Part shown: positions 48,286 through 61,195 of the stretch, piece after piece
Position numbering within the stretch: the stretch's first letter is position 1
Layout: each line of letters opens with the position of its first letter
Translations under genes and position numbers: made by a program
Notes under the pieces: model-generated
Told to the model about the DNA's origin: nothing
The model's input: the letters and a program-made list of their open reading frames with translations, nothing else
The model's database searches: none
Source of the DNA: Octopus sinensis
Lineage: Eukaryota
Length of the DNA: 64,000 bases
Assembly: GCF_006345805.1 (NCBI RefSeq)
Contig: NC_043002.1
Location: forward strand, 97,712,001-97,776,000
Reading direction: 5' to 3'

Positions 48286-50539
48286 GGAAGTCTTGCCAAA
48301 TATTCTTAAGAGGCAGGGACATCATAAGATCACATTTTATCGATGAAAGTAAAGAATACGTACACCAGGTGTTTTGAGTTAGGGTTGGGACTCGGGGTTT
48401 TGTTACGCCGAATATTTTTTAACTCCGCCCATTTCGTATTTATTTTCTAACTAAAAGTGAAGCAATAAACAGCTGTTGCCAATGAGACTTTATAGTTATG
48501 TCCATCCAATAGCAATTAGTAAGCGAAATTGATTACGATGCAGAGGTGGAACATAAAAGACGAAAAGTGTAAAAAAAAAGTTAATTTACCTTAGATCACA
48601 ATATCAACATGTTATTCAATCAGCAGGTTGACATCCCCTTCTTTTTCTGCAGCATATTTTTTTTTTGAGTGACTGAAAGAGCAACGCTTATACGGTATGA
48701 ATTTGTACTATCAATATACAGCAACAACAACAACAACAATAATAATAATAATGATAATAATAATAATAATAATTTTAATGTTAAAACTTCCTTTTAAATT
48801 TGTATTAATTTTAAGTGCCCGGAGTTATCTCCCCTGAGTTGTCTCCCCTGATTTTTCACATTCTAAATCTCGACCTCGTTCTCGTTCTTTCTTCCGGTAG
48901 CCAGCACAAGGTTTGTCTCGTTAATAATTTCTCTTCTGATAAATCTTCTTTAATCTTATTCATAATTCGAAGAAATTTTGATAAAAAGTTGTTTTTCTGC
49001 AAGATAAGACCGTAGTTAGTAATATCTGCTGGTTTGTTTATTCATGTAGCCGTCAGATTTAATTATTTTTGTATTGACAACGTGATGTCTATATTACTCG
49101 ACGAAATTTTCCTTAAATTCCCTAATTTTAAATACTTTTGCTCTTTCCAAGTAATTTTAATATGCAATTAACTGTTCATTTATATATAATAATGTTCTAT
49201 TTTTATAAGTGTAACAAATTTTGCTAGGTTTATTGATAGAAATACTGTAATTTGAAATTCTGCTTTGATCCAGTGCTCTTTTGCTAATTGTGTTTGTGCT
49301 ACTAACACCTTTATTTGCTGCCTAAATTCTATTCATGAATTCGTTTTATGGCAAAATTTAAATTAGAAGCTTGAGATTATGCTTGTCGTAGCCCTAATTA
49401 GTTCTTCAGTTTTCAAATAGGAACAAGGCTATTGAATTTCAAAATATTTCTATGCCCCTCGGTTCGTTTATCCATCAGTCTATATATCTTTCATCATATT
49501 TCTTCATATTGTTAGTCGTTCCTCCTTCGTATATATCCCATCCATATCTACAAAAGAAATTGTTGTCTTCTACTTCTAAACAAAAGCAGGATATTATGAA
49601 AATTGTAATTCTATGTACTGTATTTCTTTGCAGTTGACTTGGAAATAGCATCCAAATTCTCAAATCATGCCAGTGTAAAAATGACATCCAAATAGATGGG
49701 GATGTAAGCCTTTGATTATAGATCTGTTCATGTTCAATTAGATCTGATGTGGAAGCCTAACAGCTATAAGACCAGCGCTATGTTGTGTCTTGTCCTTTTA
49801 AGAAATCGCGGGAATTTGCCATTAAACCACATCTATATCGTCTAAAAGGAAAGATATGCTTGTTAATGTAGATTTAGGTATAGACACAGATATTTACAGA
49901 TAAAATGCGCCCCTCTTCGTGAGAGATGATCCATCCGAACTCCCGACTAATTACAGTATTCAAATATACTGGAAAAGGGATTGGACTTAATCCAGCGATA
50001 TTCCACACAAACGTTGCACGCTGATCGATTTAACCAACTGAAAATTACAATTCTAAATCTAGTAAATGAAACACGTGCAAAACATTTATAATACGGATAA
50101 CTTGTACGTAGAATGTTTATACAATTTAATGCTAAATCCACGTGTTATGGATAATCCTTCAAAAGATCTCGTATGATAAAAGAACCAGACTAAGAGTGTT
50201 CGTAAATAAGAAAGTGGTTAATTTCGAATAAAAGTAAATTAATTAACTATGAGCATTCACCGATGCTTGTGGAATTAGATCACAATTTACCAGACATTAT
50301 TTGTTTTATTTGAGTATTATTTGTAATTCAATCGTTTGGGACTATTTAAACTATAGGAAAAAAAAAGGTATTATTAGCGAACAGTGGTCCCGGTGCGCGC
50401 ATCCGCGCTAGCTAGTCGTAAGTAGTCGATCCTACAAAGACTTTTTAACCCTAACCTTAGTTTGTTTATAAAAATAATTTATTTACTTAGTTTAAAAAAT
50501 TATTTACTTTGTTCGAAAAATATTTAATTTCCTTTGATA

Positions 50540-50921
50540 GGCGCAAAAGTGGCTGTGTGGTAAGTAGCTTGCTAACCAACCACATGGTTCCGGGTTCAGT
50601 CCCACTGCGTGGCACCTTGGGCAAGTGTCTTCTACTATAGCCTCGGGCCGACCAATGCCTTGTGAGTGGATTTGGTAGACGGAAACTGAAAGAAGCCTGT
50701 CGTATATATGTATTATGTGTGTGTTTGTCTCCCTAGCATTGCTTGACAGCCGATGCGGGTGTGTCTACGTCCTCGTTACTTAGCGGTTCGGCAAAAGAGA
50801 GAGCGATAGAATAAGTACTGGGCTTACAAAGAATAAGTCCCGGGGTCGATTTGCCCGACTAAAGGCGGTGCTCTAGCATGGCCGCAGTCAAATGACTGAA
50901 ACAAGTAAAAGAATAAAAGAG
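50540..50921 (+). mobile_element. SINE family A inside the GGCT/RPS15A intergenic promoter region
   Basis: Full-length copy. Confidence 0.9.
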
Positions 50922-51022
50922 TATGTATTCAGCCTTGAAGTACAAACATACGCGCAAATCGTTGTAGGATCGACTACTTAGGAATTTAGTTGGTTGTTTT
51001 CCTAGTTGCAGATCAGCCTTTG

Positions 51023-51065
51023 CCTTCCTCTTTCATAACATCGATCGCGTGGAGAAGGCAGGCTC
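51023..51065 (+). promoter_or_regulatory. Candidate RPS15A TCT/5'TOP start and non-coding exon 1
   Basis: CCTTCCTCTTTC pyrimidine tract typical of ribosomal-protein TSSs, followed by a possible donor (C|GTATGC at 51066, or AAG|GCAGGC). The first coding exon has an acceptor 8 nt before the ATG, so an upstream exon is required. Confidence 0.55.
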
Positions 51066-53037
51066 GTATGCCTGGACAACTGCTAGTCTTCCATAAACGA
51101 TCTTGCTCGGACTTGTGCTTAGAAATGGGAACTTTGTAGGAGTGCTGTCATGGTGATTCATCACCGTTGATGATTTGATCTAGAGCTAAAAGTTTGAATT
51201 TTCACTTTTAAAGTTCTTTTTTCTTTTCAATTGCTTAAGCCAGGGTAGGGAGGCCAGCGCCCATGATAATTCTCTCAGTGTTCGCAACCGGTGGTGATAT
51301 TAAATTAGACGATTGATTAAGACTACCACTCCAAAACGAGAACGTTCCTTACGACGGACTTCACATTTTCCCTCCAAATTCGATTTACGTTGGCCATGCA
51401 TAAATCTAACAAACGTTAAGTGGATGTCATCGGTAAAGTGGGGGATACCTGAAATGGGAGATTTTTTTAAGAATCGGAATCTCCATAGCCGAAAACGTTA
51501 GTCTCCGTAAAAAGCAAATTAAAAAAATGAAATTGGAGGGTTGGGTTACGTATCCGCCATGTACGCCCTCCTTTACCACCATTTCATTTATTTCCAGTTT
51601 TTAAAATGCTACTTTGGCAATACAGTCAGTTGTGTATATGTGCTGAACCGATCTGTTGACTGAATGTGTGACTGCTTGATATGCTGGAAATAACATTCAT
51701 TCAAATCACATTGTGCAATGGAGAATGTCTTAAGTTTACAATAGGATGGGATAGATGATTGGCTTACCTAGGGCTCAAACAGCTAGAATTATAAAATCTA
51801 TTAAGTTTGTCTGAAATTGCAAGCAATATTTTTATGGTTGTTTCCTACCACATGGTTCCATGTTCAGTCACACTGTGTGGCACCTTGGGCTAATGCCTTC
51901 TGTTATAACTTCAGACTGACCAAGCCCCTTTGAGTTGATTTGGTATTCAAACTGGAAGAAGCTTATGTTGATATAGAGGCGATGACGAAATACTGAGATC
52001 TCTGGAGATATGTTGTGACTGAGAAGACCCAGCAAATAAAGTAAATTCACAACTGTAACCTACATGAGTGTTGCATAACCAGCCCACTCAAAAGTACCTT
52101 GGATTGTAGGGTGACATGCTGTGCTTGAGGAGACCTATTGAGTCAAGTACATCAAAATGAAAGTAAAATTGTAGTTGTGATCCCTGTGCTGGTGGCACGT
52201 AAAAAGCACCATCCAAACATGGCTGATGCCACTGCTGCCATGACTAGCTTCTGTGCTAGTAGCACATAAAAAGCACTAACCGATCATGGTCGTTGCCAGT
52301 CTCCTGGCCCCTGTGCTGGTGGCATGTAAAAAGCATCCTCTACACTCAGAGTGGTTGGCATTAGGAAGGGCATCCAGCTGTAGAAACACTGCCAGATAAG
52401 ACTGGAGCAGCTTCTTGGTTTCCCAGACCCCCAGTTGAACTGTCCAATCCATGCCAGCATGGAAATCAAACGTTAAACGATGGGAGATATATATTGGCAA
52501 TAACATTGATGAATAACAATTGATTTGCATCAATTACTGTTTATTAATAGTTTATAAAAAGACTGCATTCCATCTAACAGCTGTTTCTGCTGCCAATGTT
52601 CTTTGGGCTTACCATTATGATGCTAAGAGAATATCATAGTTGGTAATAAAATAAATTTGAATCATGGAGCTTCAGCAGAGTGGAAAATAAAGAGAAAAGA
52701 AAAGACAGGTTGAATATGGTGAGAGTGATATCATGTTGTGTGTAGAGCAATTGAATGATAAGTAAATGACCAAAATTTAGAATAAAGGGGTATTTGGAGG
52801 GATATTCCTATGTATGTATATATAAGTGACAACAAAAGAACGAGAATGCATTGTAGCTCTTAGCTCTGACATTCGAAACTCTGTGTGCAATAATGATGAC
52901 TTACTGTTGTTTTTTTTCTAAATTATATATATATTGTGTGTGTCCTGCTCCACCACTTAACAATTAGTGTTTGTTTACATCTCCATAACTTAGTGGTTTG
53001 GCAGAAAGAGACTCATAGAATAACTACCAGGCTTTAA

Positions 53038-53247
53038 CCCTTTAGTGTTCAGATTATTCTGTCAAATGTGATGTTTGTTTATTTATAATGGTTTGAATTA
53101 ATCCTGCATTATCTTGTAGTTTAGAGATTTCAGTGATGTGATTTTTTAGTTTTAGAATGACATGGTAGGGCTGAGGTGAGAGGCAAGATCTGGTCAGTTT
53201 CAATATAAAACAGGTTAAATATTTTGGCCGGTTTGAATGCTAAAGGG
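53038..53247. mobile_element. TTAA-flanked piggyBac-like MITE (subfamily 1)
   Basis: TTAA|CCCTTTAG...CTAAAGGG|TTAA. Confidence 0.8.
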
Positions 53248-53420
53248 TTAAAAAAAAGTAACCACTGGAGTCAATTCATTCAACTAAAAGTTTAAGGCAT
53301 GTGGACAATGCAGGGCCACAGCCTAATGACTGAAACATAAAATATACCAAAAGTTGTTGCTTCTTTACTTTTCTTTATAAGATGCTGAAATGAGGTTTAT
53401 AATATTTTGCAGCTCTAAAA

Positions 53421-53553
53421 ATGGTGCGTATGAACGTATTAGCCGATGCTTTGAATACTATTCAAGCCGCCGAGAGGGGTGGTAAGAGACAGGTGATGAT
53501 CAGACCAAATTCTAAAGTCACATGCAGATTTCTGTCTGTCATGATGAAACATG
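53421..53553 (+). CDS. RPS15A: 40S ribosomal protein S15a (uS8), first coding exon
   Basis: [11 protein letters not shown]...VMMKHG, 133 nt. Acceptor TTTTGCAG at 53412, donor G|GTATGT. Confidence 0.97.
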
Positions 53554-54759
53554 GTATGTACCTTTTTATATCTTTTATAACCATTGAAAATCTCTTTCAT
53601 TGCAATTTTAGTTGATTCATCCCTTATAGCCTCAAGGTGTTTTGTACAACGTAGTACCTGGCTGGATCTGATCTTAGATCTTTAGTTTTTAGATAAAGTG
53701 GATGTTAACATATTACAGGAAGCTTTTGTTTCTACAAATTGATCATAAAGTCACCTGCTTGAATTAGAAGCCAGATTTTCCAATAAATTAGTCTTACTAA
53801 GAATTGGTACTGTTATTAACTTGACAGGTTGGCAGTGTCAGAGCACTGACTATGCTTTGTGGTACTTGCTGAAATGCTGCTGAGGACAATTTTACCTGTC
53901 ATTCTTTCAAGATCTATATATATATATAAAAAAAAAAATAGTAGATTGACAGAATTGTAAGACTGAAACCAGATGTTTTTCACTATTTGTTTTGGCTCTT
54001 TGCAGTTTGAGTTAAATTAGGCCATTGCTTCCTTGGGTAATGGACTTCATCCATCTTTCAGTTTAGTGCTATCACCTGGCATCTTGGGTACCTTTATCCA
54101 AGTCCACTCTGTTGCAAGCACTTGGGCCTGGTTTCCCCGTTTAGGGGATAATCTTCCTCTCCTTTGTCACCAAGACTGAAGAGTCATGTGTGCTACCTTC
54201 TCTCCCGATCAGAATATTTACCTTAGTTGGGCTTGGCAGCAAACTTAGTGAATGGCTTGCTTTATAAACTTGATGAAAGCTGCTGTCTATTGTGTATGAA
54301 AACCAAAGATTTGTCCGTAATTCACTTGCTTCATAGAGGACTATTTCAGAATGTTAAACTGGATTACATCTGCATGAAAGGGGCTAAAATCCCTTTCATT
54401 TGCAGTTCATATTTGAACATGATTATAAGGTTAATTTAAATATGCCTGACATATTGGATTTTTAAATTCAGATGCAAAAGCAAACTTTGTTTAAAATAGG
54501 AAGAGTTAGTGAAAGGAGGGCATAACTGCAAGTTGTACGTTCAATGATAAAGTGATACCTAGTAGAAGGAAGTCCAACATCTCGATTGAGTATTTTTATC
54601 ATAAATAAAACACTCCTATCAAGACAAAAGTGTTTAGGCACCTTAATCTTCTGTACATAATAAAGTTTATAATGTTATGTTTATGAATGAATAAACGAAA
54701 TTTGAAAGGCAGTTCACTGCTGGTATTTCTTGGTTTTGTTCTATAAGCTGATACACATC

Positions 54760-56330
54760 ATCATCTTTGTTTGATGTGCACTTTCCGTGCTGGCATGGGT
54801 TGGATGGCTTAACTGAGAACTGGGAGGCTGCATCTGATTTGGCAAGATTTCTACAGCTGGATGCCCTTCCTAACACTAATCACTCCAAGAGTCTGGTGGG
54901 TGCTTTTACATGCTACGGAGATGGGAGCCAGTCATGCGGCGCTGGCATCAGCCATGCTTGAATAGTGCTTTTTAGATGCCAGTCAGGTAGCACTGGCATT
55001 GGACATGACTATTTCACTCGGTTCAACAGGTCTTCACAAGCATGGCATATTGCCCAATGATTGAAGAGTGCTTTTGAACAGGCCAGTTATGCAACATTGG
55101 CATTGACCACGACTACGATCTCACTTGGCTTGCCAGGTCTTCTCAAGCATGGCATATCTTCAAAGTTCTCGGTTACTTGTCATTGCCTCTCTTCCACAGG
55201 TTCCTTCCTTTGTTAGGGTGTGACACTTCACACAGCTGTCCTCATCCATACGCATCATGACTATACCAGCAGTTGTCTCTTGCACACCACATCTGATGCT
55301 TATGTCCAACTTTTCTCTCGGGGTGCTTACACTCTTACGTGTATGCACACTGACATAACACGTCCAGCGGGGCATACTAGCTTCATTTCTTTCAAGCCTA
55401 CGAATGTCCTCAGCAGTCACAGCCCATGTTTCACTGCTGTTCACACACAAGCATCATACAGTCTCCTTTTCACTCAGAGTGAGAGACACTTTGTTACCAG
55501 CAGAGGTAGGAGCTCTCTGAACATTGTCCAGGCTATTCTCATTCTAGCAGCTATGCTCTTAGAGCATTTACCCCCTCTACTAACTTGGTCACCTAGGTAA
55601 TGGAAGCTATCAACTACCAGTTTTTACTCTAGTGTGTGATAGAATGTTTATTGCACCAGTGAATCTGCCACATACAAAAATTATCTTCCCTGTTAGCCTT
55701 TTTTTGATATTGCTGCACCTCTTATGCATCCATAGCTTACACCAGGTACATCTTACGGAGTTTCTACCTATGCTTTTTCTACAGATCGAGCAGGGCCATC
55801 TGCTTGAAGGGATCTGTGATTTGTCCATCTTCCTACTTACTAAGATTTCAATTTTTGCTAGGTTAACCTCTAAGATCTTGGATTCTCGACCTTGCTTCTA
55901 CACCCGAAACTTCTCTAGTTCTGGTAGTGAATCAGCTATTATAGCAAGGTCATCAGCATAGAGGAGCTCCTAGGGGCAGCTTGTCTTGAATTCCTCTCTT
56001 ATTGCCTGGTGGACTATGATGAACTAGAGAGGGCTGAGTACTGATCCTAGGTGAAGTAGGGGTTCTACCCTGAATTCTTGGCTATACTCTGCCAAGCCTC
56101 ACCTTATGAACAGCGTACCTGTACAAGGTCTAGTACAACTCTCACCAACCACTCATCTATCCCTGTTTTCCACATCAATCACGAGATAAGGGTTCAGGGG
56201 ACCTTGTCAAAAGCTTTCTCCAAGTCAACAAAAGCCAAGTACAGAGGTTTATCTTTGGCTAGGAATCTTTCCTGCAGCTGCTTTACCAGAAATATAAGCA
56301 AATTCCAGAAAGATGGGCTGACTTGGAATC
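54760..56330 (-). mobile_element. Degenerate RTE LINE (RT C-terminal part + 3' tail) in RPS15A intron
   Basis: Minus strand LYLALVDLEKAFDKV, WPCSICRKS, SETWAVTAED; same family as the 9.2 kb copy; many stops and indels. Confidence 0.88.
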
Positions 56331-56399
56331 AAAACCAGCACAATTCTTTATTTTAGTGTGTAGCATAATGAGGACCTTGTTGACTTCTCATGAAGTACT

Positions 56400-57060
56400 T
56401 CATTAATGTATTGTGGAAGAAATCGATGAGCAGCTTCAAATGTTAATAGTAAGATGTTAAATGTCATCTTTTACAGGATGCTATGGTCAAATTATTTCCC
56501 TTCACAATTATTCTAGCTGTTGTATTTGGAATGAGCTACAGATCTTCTAATTTCATATCCAGTAGACTAGGGAAATGCATTAACCATTATTCAGCAGTGA
56601 TGATTATACCTCTGTATGCACTAATGTTTCAGTTGCCTTCTGATTTAGGTGTTTCTTAATCAACCCATAATTCTTTTGATACGTGTTTGGTGACTAATGT
56701 ACTATGGTAATACAATGGTGCATTCTTGGGTTTTAACAAAAAAGATACTCCCATCATCCTTTCTCCATTAGTGACACAATCAGTAGAAATGGTATGAAGT
56801 TGTTGGACATCCTTCAATCTCAGATATACAGGCAGTAGTTTTATCGAGTGCCTTCTCTACATCACCTTGCTTTAGTATAAATGATACAAATACATGTCAT
56901 TAACATGAAAAGTTCTAAATCATGTCACCAATGTTAGCCATGTACATGGTGAAAAGAATTGGTTTGAGGACAGATCCTTGTGGTACACTTATTAAACTTC
57001 TCCTGTGACTAACATTCTGCTGTCTTCTTGATAAATAGGACTTTGGCCATTCCAAGTACA
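56400..57060 (-). mobile_element. Degenerate CR1/L2-group RT fragment
   Basis: Minus strand LEWPKSYLSRRQQ...SVPQGSVLKPILFTMYM resembles the W..SYLS.R.Q...GVPQGSVLGP.LF motif. Confidence 0.65.
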
Positions 57061-57530
57061 TGTTATTTCAAGGCTTCTCTCCAATATGTCCTGGGCATAA
57101 TTCCATCTCTCTCTCTTCTATCTTTTCTCTTGTCAAAGAAAATATTTCTCCAGCATTTGCTATTTAACCCTTGTTCTGGTCTAACTACCCTCCATGTTTG
57201 TTTTTGTTTCATTTCCGTGTAAGTCTCAACTGTCGGCTGTTTTTGTTCCCAACTTTGACCCTCCATAAATCCCAAATTTTATTTTGGTACTTCTGGGAGC
57301 AACTGTCTTGGAAGACTCATTGTTGTTCAGTGCTCGAAATGTGGAATAGACAGCTGATGTATGGTCGTTCTTTGTGTTACTTGTCCTGTTTCCCATTTGC
57401 TTCTCTCGTTGTTTTCGTATTTCATGTTGTTTACTGTTAGTGACGTCCTGTACCCATATGTGTGTGTGTGTGGAACATGCAGTTTTTAGTATTAGTCAAT
57501 CAGGAGTGACGATTTAAAAACCCAGGTTAA

Positions 57531-57736
57531 CCCTTTAGTGTTCAGATTATTCAATCAAACATAATGCCTATTGATTCCCATTGATTTGAATTAATCGTGC
57601 ATTATCTCATATTTTCAAGAGCTTGGTGTAATTACTTAATGTGGAATAACATTGTAGGGTAGGTGTGAGAGCCTGGATCTGGTCAGTTTGAACATAAAAC
57701 AGATTAACTATTTTGGCCGGTTTAAATACTAAAGGG
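57531..57736. mobile_element. TTAA-flanked piggyBac-like MITE (subfamily 1)
   Basis: TTAA|CCCTTTAG...CTAAAGGG|TTAA. Confidence 0.8.
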
Positions 57737-58008
57737 TTAATCTGTTTCAAGCATAGATCATAAAATACATTATGATACTATCCATGTTTATAGGATATTA
57801 CTGGACTGTTTGTAATGGCTGGGTTTCAGTTAAATTGGTTTTGCTTATTTAACCACTTAACATTCAAACAAGCCAGATCTGCCCCAAATACTCTACATGT
57901 TTATGCTCAAACTGGTGAAACCCAGCCTCTCGCAACTACCCTACAATGTTCTTAAATCAAACACTCGCGTCCTCAAAATCTTGACACTACAAGATAATTC
58001 TTGATTAA

Positions 58009-58228
58009 CCCTTTCGTTACTGTATTCATTTTGAGATGCTGTGTTTCTTTCAATTATTTTGAATATGACAAAGAATTTAGTAAAATAACTTAGTTATCAT
58101 TCAGCTAGTGTTAGGAACGTAAATTGTGACTAAGGCTTGGTGGAATATTTTAATTCAAAACTTACGGAAACAAGACATTTTTTGCCACAGAGCCAGCACC
58201 AGTTTTGGCCGCGTTAGTAACAAAAGGG
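58009..58228. mobile_element. TTAA-flanked piggyBac-like MITE (subfamily 2)
   Basis: TTAA|CCCTTTCG...CAAAAGGG|TTAA. Confidence 0.8.
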
Positions 58229-58384
58229 TTAATTCAAAACGGAAAAAACGAGCATTACATTTGTCAGAGTAACCTGAATGCTAAAAGCTTAAAAACCACA
58301 AATGAAGTTACAAACTCTATGATAAGCAACATGTGGATTTATTATTGTATTCAATTAGATGTCTATTAAGTTTAAATATATTAA

Positions 58385-58522
<138 letters not shown>

Positions 58523-58774
58523 TAAAAATTTTTTTATCATCTTTATTCTTAATTGCATCCTTGTGTACGGCTGGCCTCTAATTAATGGGTCATTCAGGAA
58601 GGGATGGATGCTATATAAAATTAAATATACTGAAATTGTTGTGGTTGATTAGTATTTCTAAATCAATCACCCAGTTATTTAAACATTTCTTGTTGAATAT
58701 AGCCAAGTGTCTTATGAATAGCAGATGAATTTTTTTTTTTTTTTTCTGATTGAATTTTATTTTCTCATTTGTAG

Positions 58775-58860
58775 TGTGGTGTCATTAGCCCCCGCTTTGA
58801 CATATGCCTCCGGGATTTGGAGAGGTGGACCAATAATTTATTGCCGTCTCGGCAGTTTGG
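58775..58860 (+). CDS. RPS15A: RPS15A third coding exon (CGVISPRFDICLRDLERWTNNLLPSRQFG)
   Basis: TTTGTAG acceptor, 86 nt, GG|GTAAGC donor. Confidence 0.96.
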
Positions 58861-59034
58861 GTAAGCAAACATTTCCAACATTCTGCTAGATCAGTGGTTC
58901 TCAACCATTTTTTTTGTCTGTGGAGCCCTTTGGTTTCTATTTTACTATGGTGGACTCCCCTAGCTATTAAAAGTTTTTAAAAAATCCTCTATTTTTACGA
59001 TGGGTGTCTACCACTGAGGACAAATACAAATATA

Positions 59035-59243
59035 TTTCTTTACTAAACACAGAGGTGACAAACAAGGACAGACAAACGGATTAAGTCGATTACATTGACC
59101 CCAGTGCGTAACTGGTACTTAATTTATCGACCCCGAAAGGATGTAAGGCAAAGTCGACCTCGGCGGAATTTGAACCCAGAACGTAATGGCAGACGAAATA
59201 CGGCTACGCATTTCGACTGGCGTGCTAACGTTTCTGCCAGTTC
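59035..59243 (-). mobile_element. SINE family B in last RPS15A intron
   Basis: Homologous to other B copies. Confidence 0.85.
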
Positions 59244-59679
59244 GCATATGGTCTGGTGGTCCTGTTTGCTAGAGGATGGTAGGGGCTTGCTCCACTCCTT
59301 GCAATGTATGGTGGGTTCAGATTGCATCAATAGTCAGCTGCAGGAGACTCCTTGGGATTAAAAAGCAATAGAAATGTTGGCTTCTGTGAAACAGCCATAT
59401 TGAAGTGGCGATAAATATTTCTTGTCAGTTTAGTTGAAAATTTTTTTTAACTAGCTACTTTGTTTGAGACATTAACTGTATAAATTTTCTTTATATTCTT
59501 TTTTCTTGTAGAAGTATAAGCAATTTATCGCACATAAATTTTAATAACAAACTATATATGGACCTCGGTTGAGAACCACTGAGCTAATTTAAAAAAAAAA
59601 ATTTGTCTTTGATTTATGTGAAAGTTTTGCAAGATCTTTCAAAAGCTTGTTTTTATTTCAAAATATCTGTTCATTTCAG

Positions 59680-59773
59680 GTGTTTGGTATTAACCACCTC
59701 AGGAGGGATCCTTGACCATGAGGAGGCCAGGAGAAGACATCTTGGTGGCAAAATTTTAGGGTATTTTTATTAA
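59680..59773 (+). CDS. RPS15A: RPS15A last coding exon ([30 protein letters not shown])
   Basis: TTTCAG acceptor, 94 nt to TAA. Total 393 nt = 130 aa + stop, the canonical length. Confidence 0.96.
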
Positions 59774-59777
59774 TAAA
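59772..59777 (+). terminator. Probable RPS15A polyadenylation signal AATAAA overlapping the stop codon (ATTAAA also at 59792-59797)
   Basis: TAT TAA TAAA; U/GU-rich sequence lies downstream. Confidence 0.5.
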
Positions 59778-59899
59778 TCCAATTCTCCTGGATTAAATTT
59801 GTGTTGGTTTTAATTCTTCCAACTAGTTGGGATCAGTTGGTTTTGAAGTTTGGGTTTATTACAATATCAGAGTTTTTGACTTGTTAGGTCCACAAATTC

Positions 59900-60347
59900 A
59901 GTTTGAAATCGTAGATGATCACAGAAATGGCAAAATAGTTGTCAACCTTACAGGCTGGCTAAATATGGTAATATTTTACTTTCATTAAAGTGATTTATTT
60001 CATTTTTTTTTTTTTTATCATCTTTATTCTTAATTGCATCCTTGTGTACGGCTGGCCTCTAATTAATGGGTCATTCAGGAAGGGATGGATGCTATATAAA
60101 ATTAAATATACTGAAATTGTTGTGGTTGATTAGTATTTCTAAATCAATCACCCAGTTATTTAAACATTTCTTGTTGAATATAGCCAAGTGTCTTCTGGAT
60201 AGCAGATGAATTTTTTTTTTTTTCTGATTGAATTTTATTTTCTCATTTGTAGTGTGGTGTCATTAGCCCCCACTTTGACATATTTTTGAGAAAATAAAAT
60301 TCAATCAGAAAAAAAAAAAAAATCATCTGCTATCCATAAGACACTTG
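59900..60347 (+). pseudogene. Partial duplicate of RPS15A (3' part of second coding exon, intron, 5' 30 nt of third coding exon) plus 61-bp fold-back
   Basis: Near-identical to 58420-58804 with R->W and R->H changes. 60287-60347 is the reverse complement of the intron end. Confidence 0.9.
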
Positions 60348-61195
60348 AATGGTCAGTGACGGCTAGCAGTTGCAGTTCAATTCAGGTGTATATTTCTATT
60401 GAAAGGTTTGTTTATGGAATTTGCGTAGGTGTTATACTAAAAAGCATTAGTGATAAAGTTAAGAGGTAGAAGGTGGAACAGAAGAAGAGAAGGGAGAATA
60501 TGAATGAGTGGAAGTAGTGAGGTGTTGTATGACTTGAAGTTGGCACGTTATGGATTATATCTGTGATTGGGGCTGATTTGTAATGGATTCTATGGAATGT
60601 AATATTTGCGTGTGTATTTCTGTTATTCTAAAGCTGAGGTGTATTAATCGTTTGTCGTAGACCCGTTAAGAAGTGGCCTGTATTTTGTAATAGAGTTTCT
60701 TTACTTATTCGTTGTATCGTCCCTAAATTGGTAGAGGGGGGAAATCCTGAAGCCTGGTGTTTTGTTGTTGGCGCAAGTATCTATGTGTTGGCTGAAAGCT
60801 ATTTTTCTGTTTTGGGGAATTTTTATCTGGGATCTGTGCAGGGCCATTCTTTACGCAAACTATTTTTTGTTTGGCCTATGTACTGCTCTTGACACCCAGA
60901 GCAGGTTAGTGTGTATATCAGGTTTTCCGAAGCACATGTGAAGTTGCTTTTCACTGTAAACCGTTGTCCCTGTTTGAAGGAGAACTCTGATCCCTCAATT
61001 AGATAATCGCATATCCCGCAATTGGGTCTTCCACATTTTTTTACTGTCGGCTCCTGTGTTGAAGAGTGTATTCGGGCTTGTGTTAGGAGACTTTTCATAG
61101 ATTTAGGCTCTCTCTTGCTTTTTATGATCGTGTGTGTTTGTAGGATTGTGTTCATTCTGCGGTCTTTTTTTTAGGAGGGGTATGTTGTGGAGGAT
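60348..61195 (-). mobile_element. Second PLE copy: GIY-YIG + 3' UTR only, frameshifted
   Basis: ORF 60823-61155 is nearly identical to 61825-62349, with a 1-bp deletion at LRK|EWP and an 11-bp deletion. Confidence 0.92.

Noticed and set aside
56598-56643. Intronic C/D snoRNA in RPS15A (GTGATGA...CTGA); also TGATGA at ~51168 and ~52893
   Set aside because: Box spacing is too short or box D is absent, there is no terminal stem, and the first lies within a LINE fossil.
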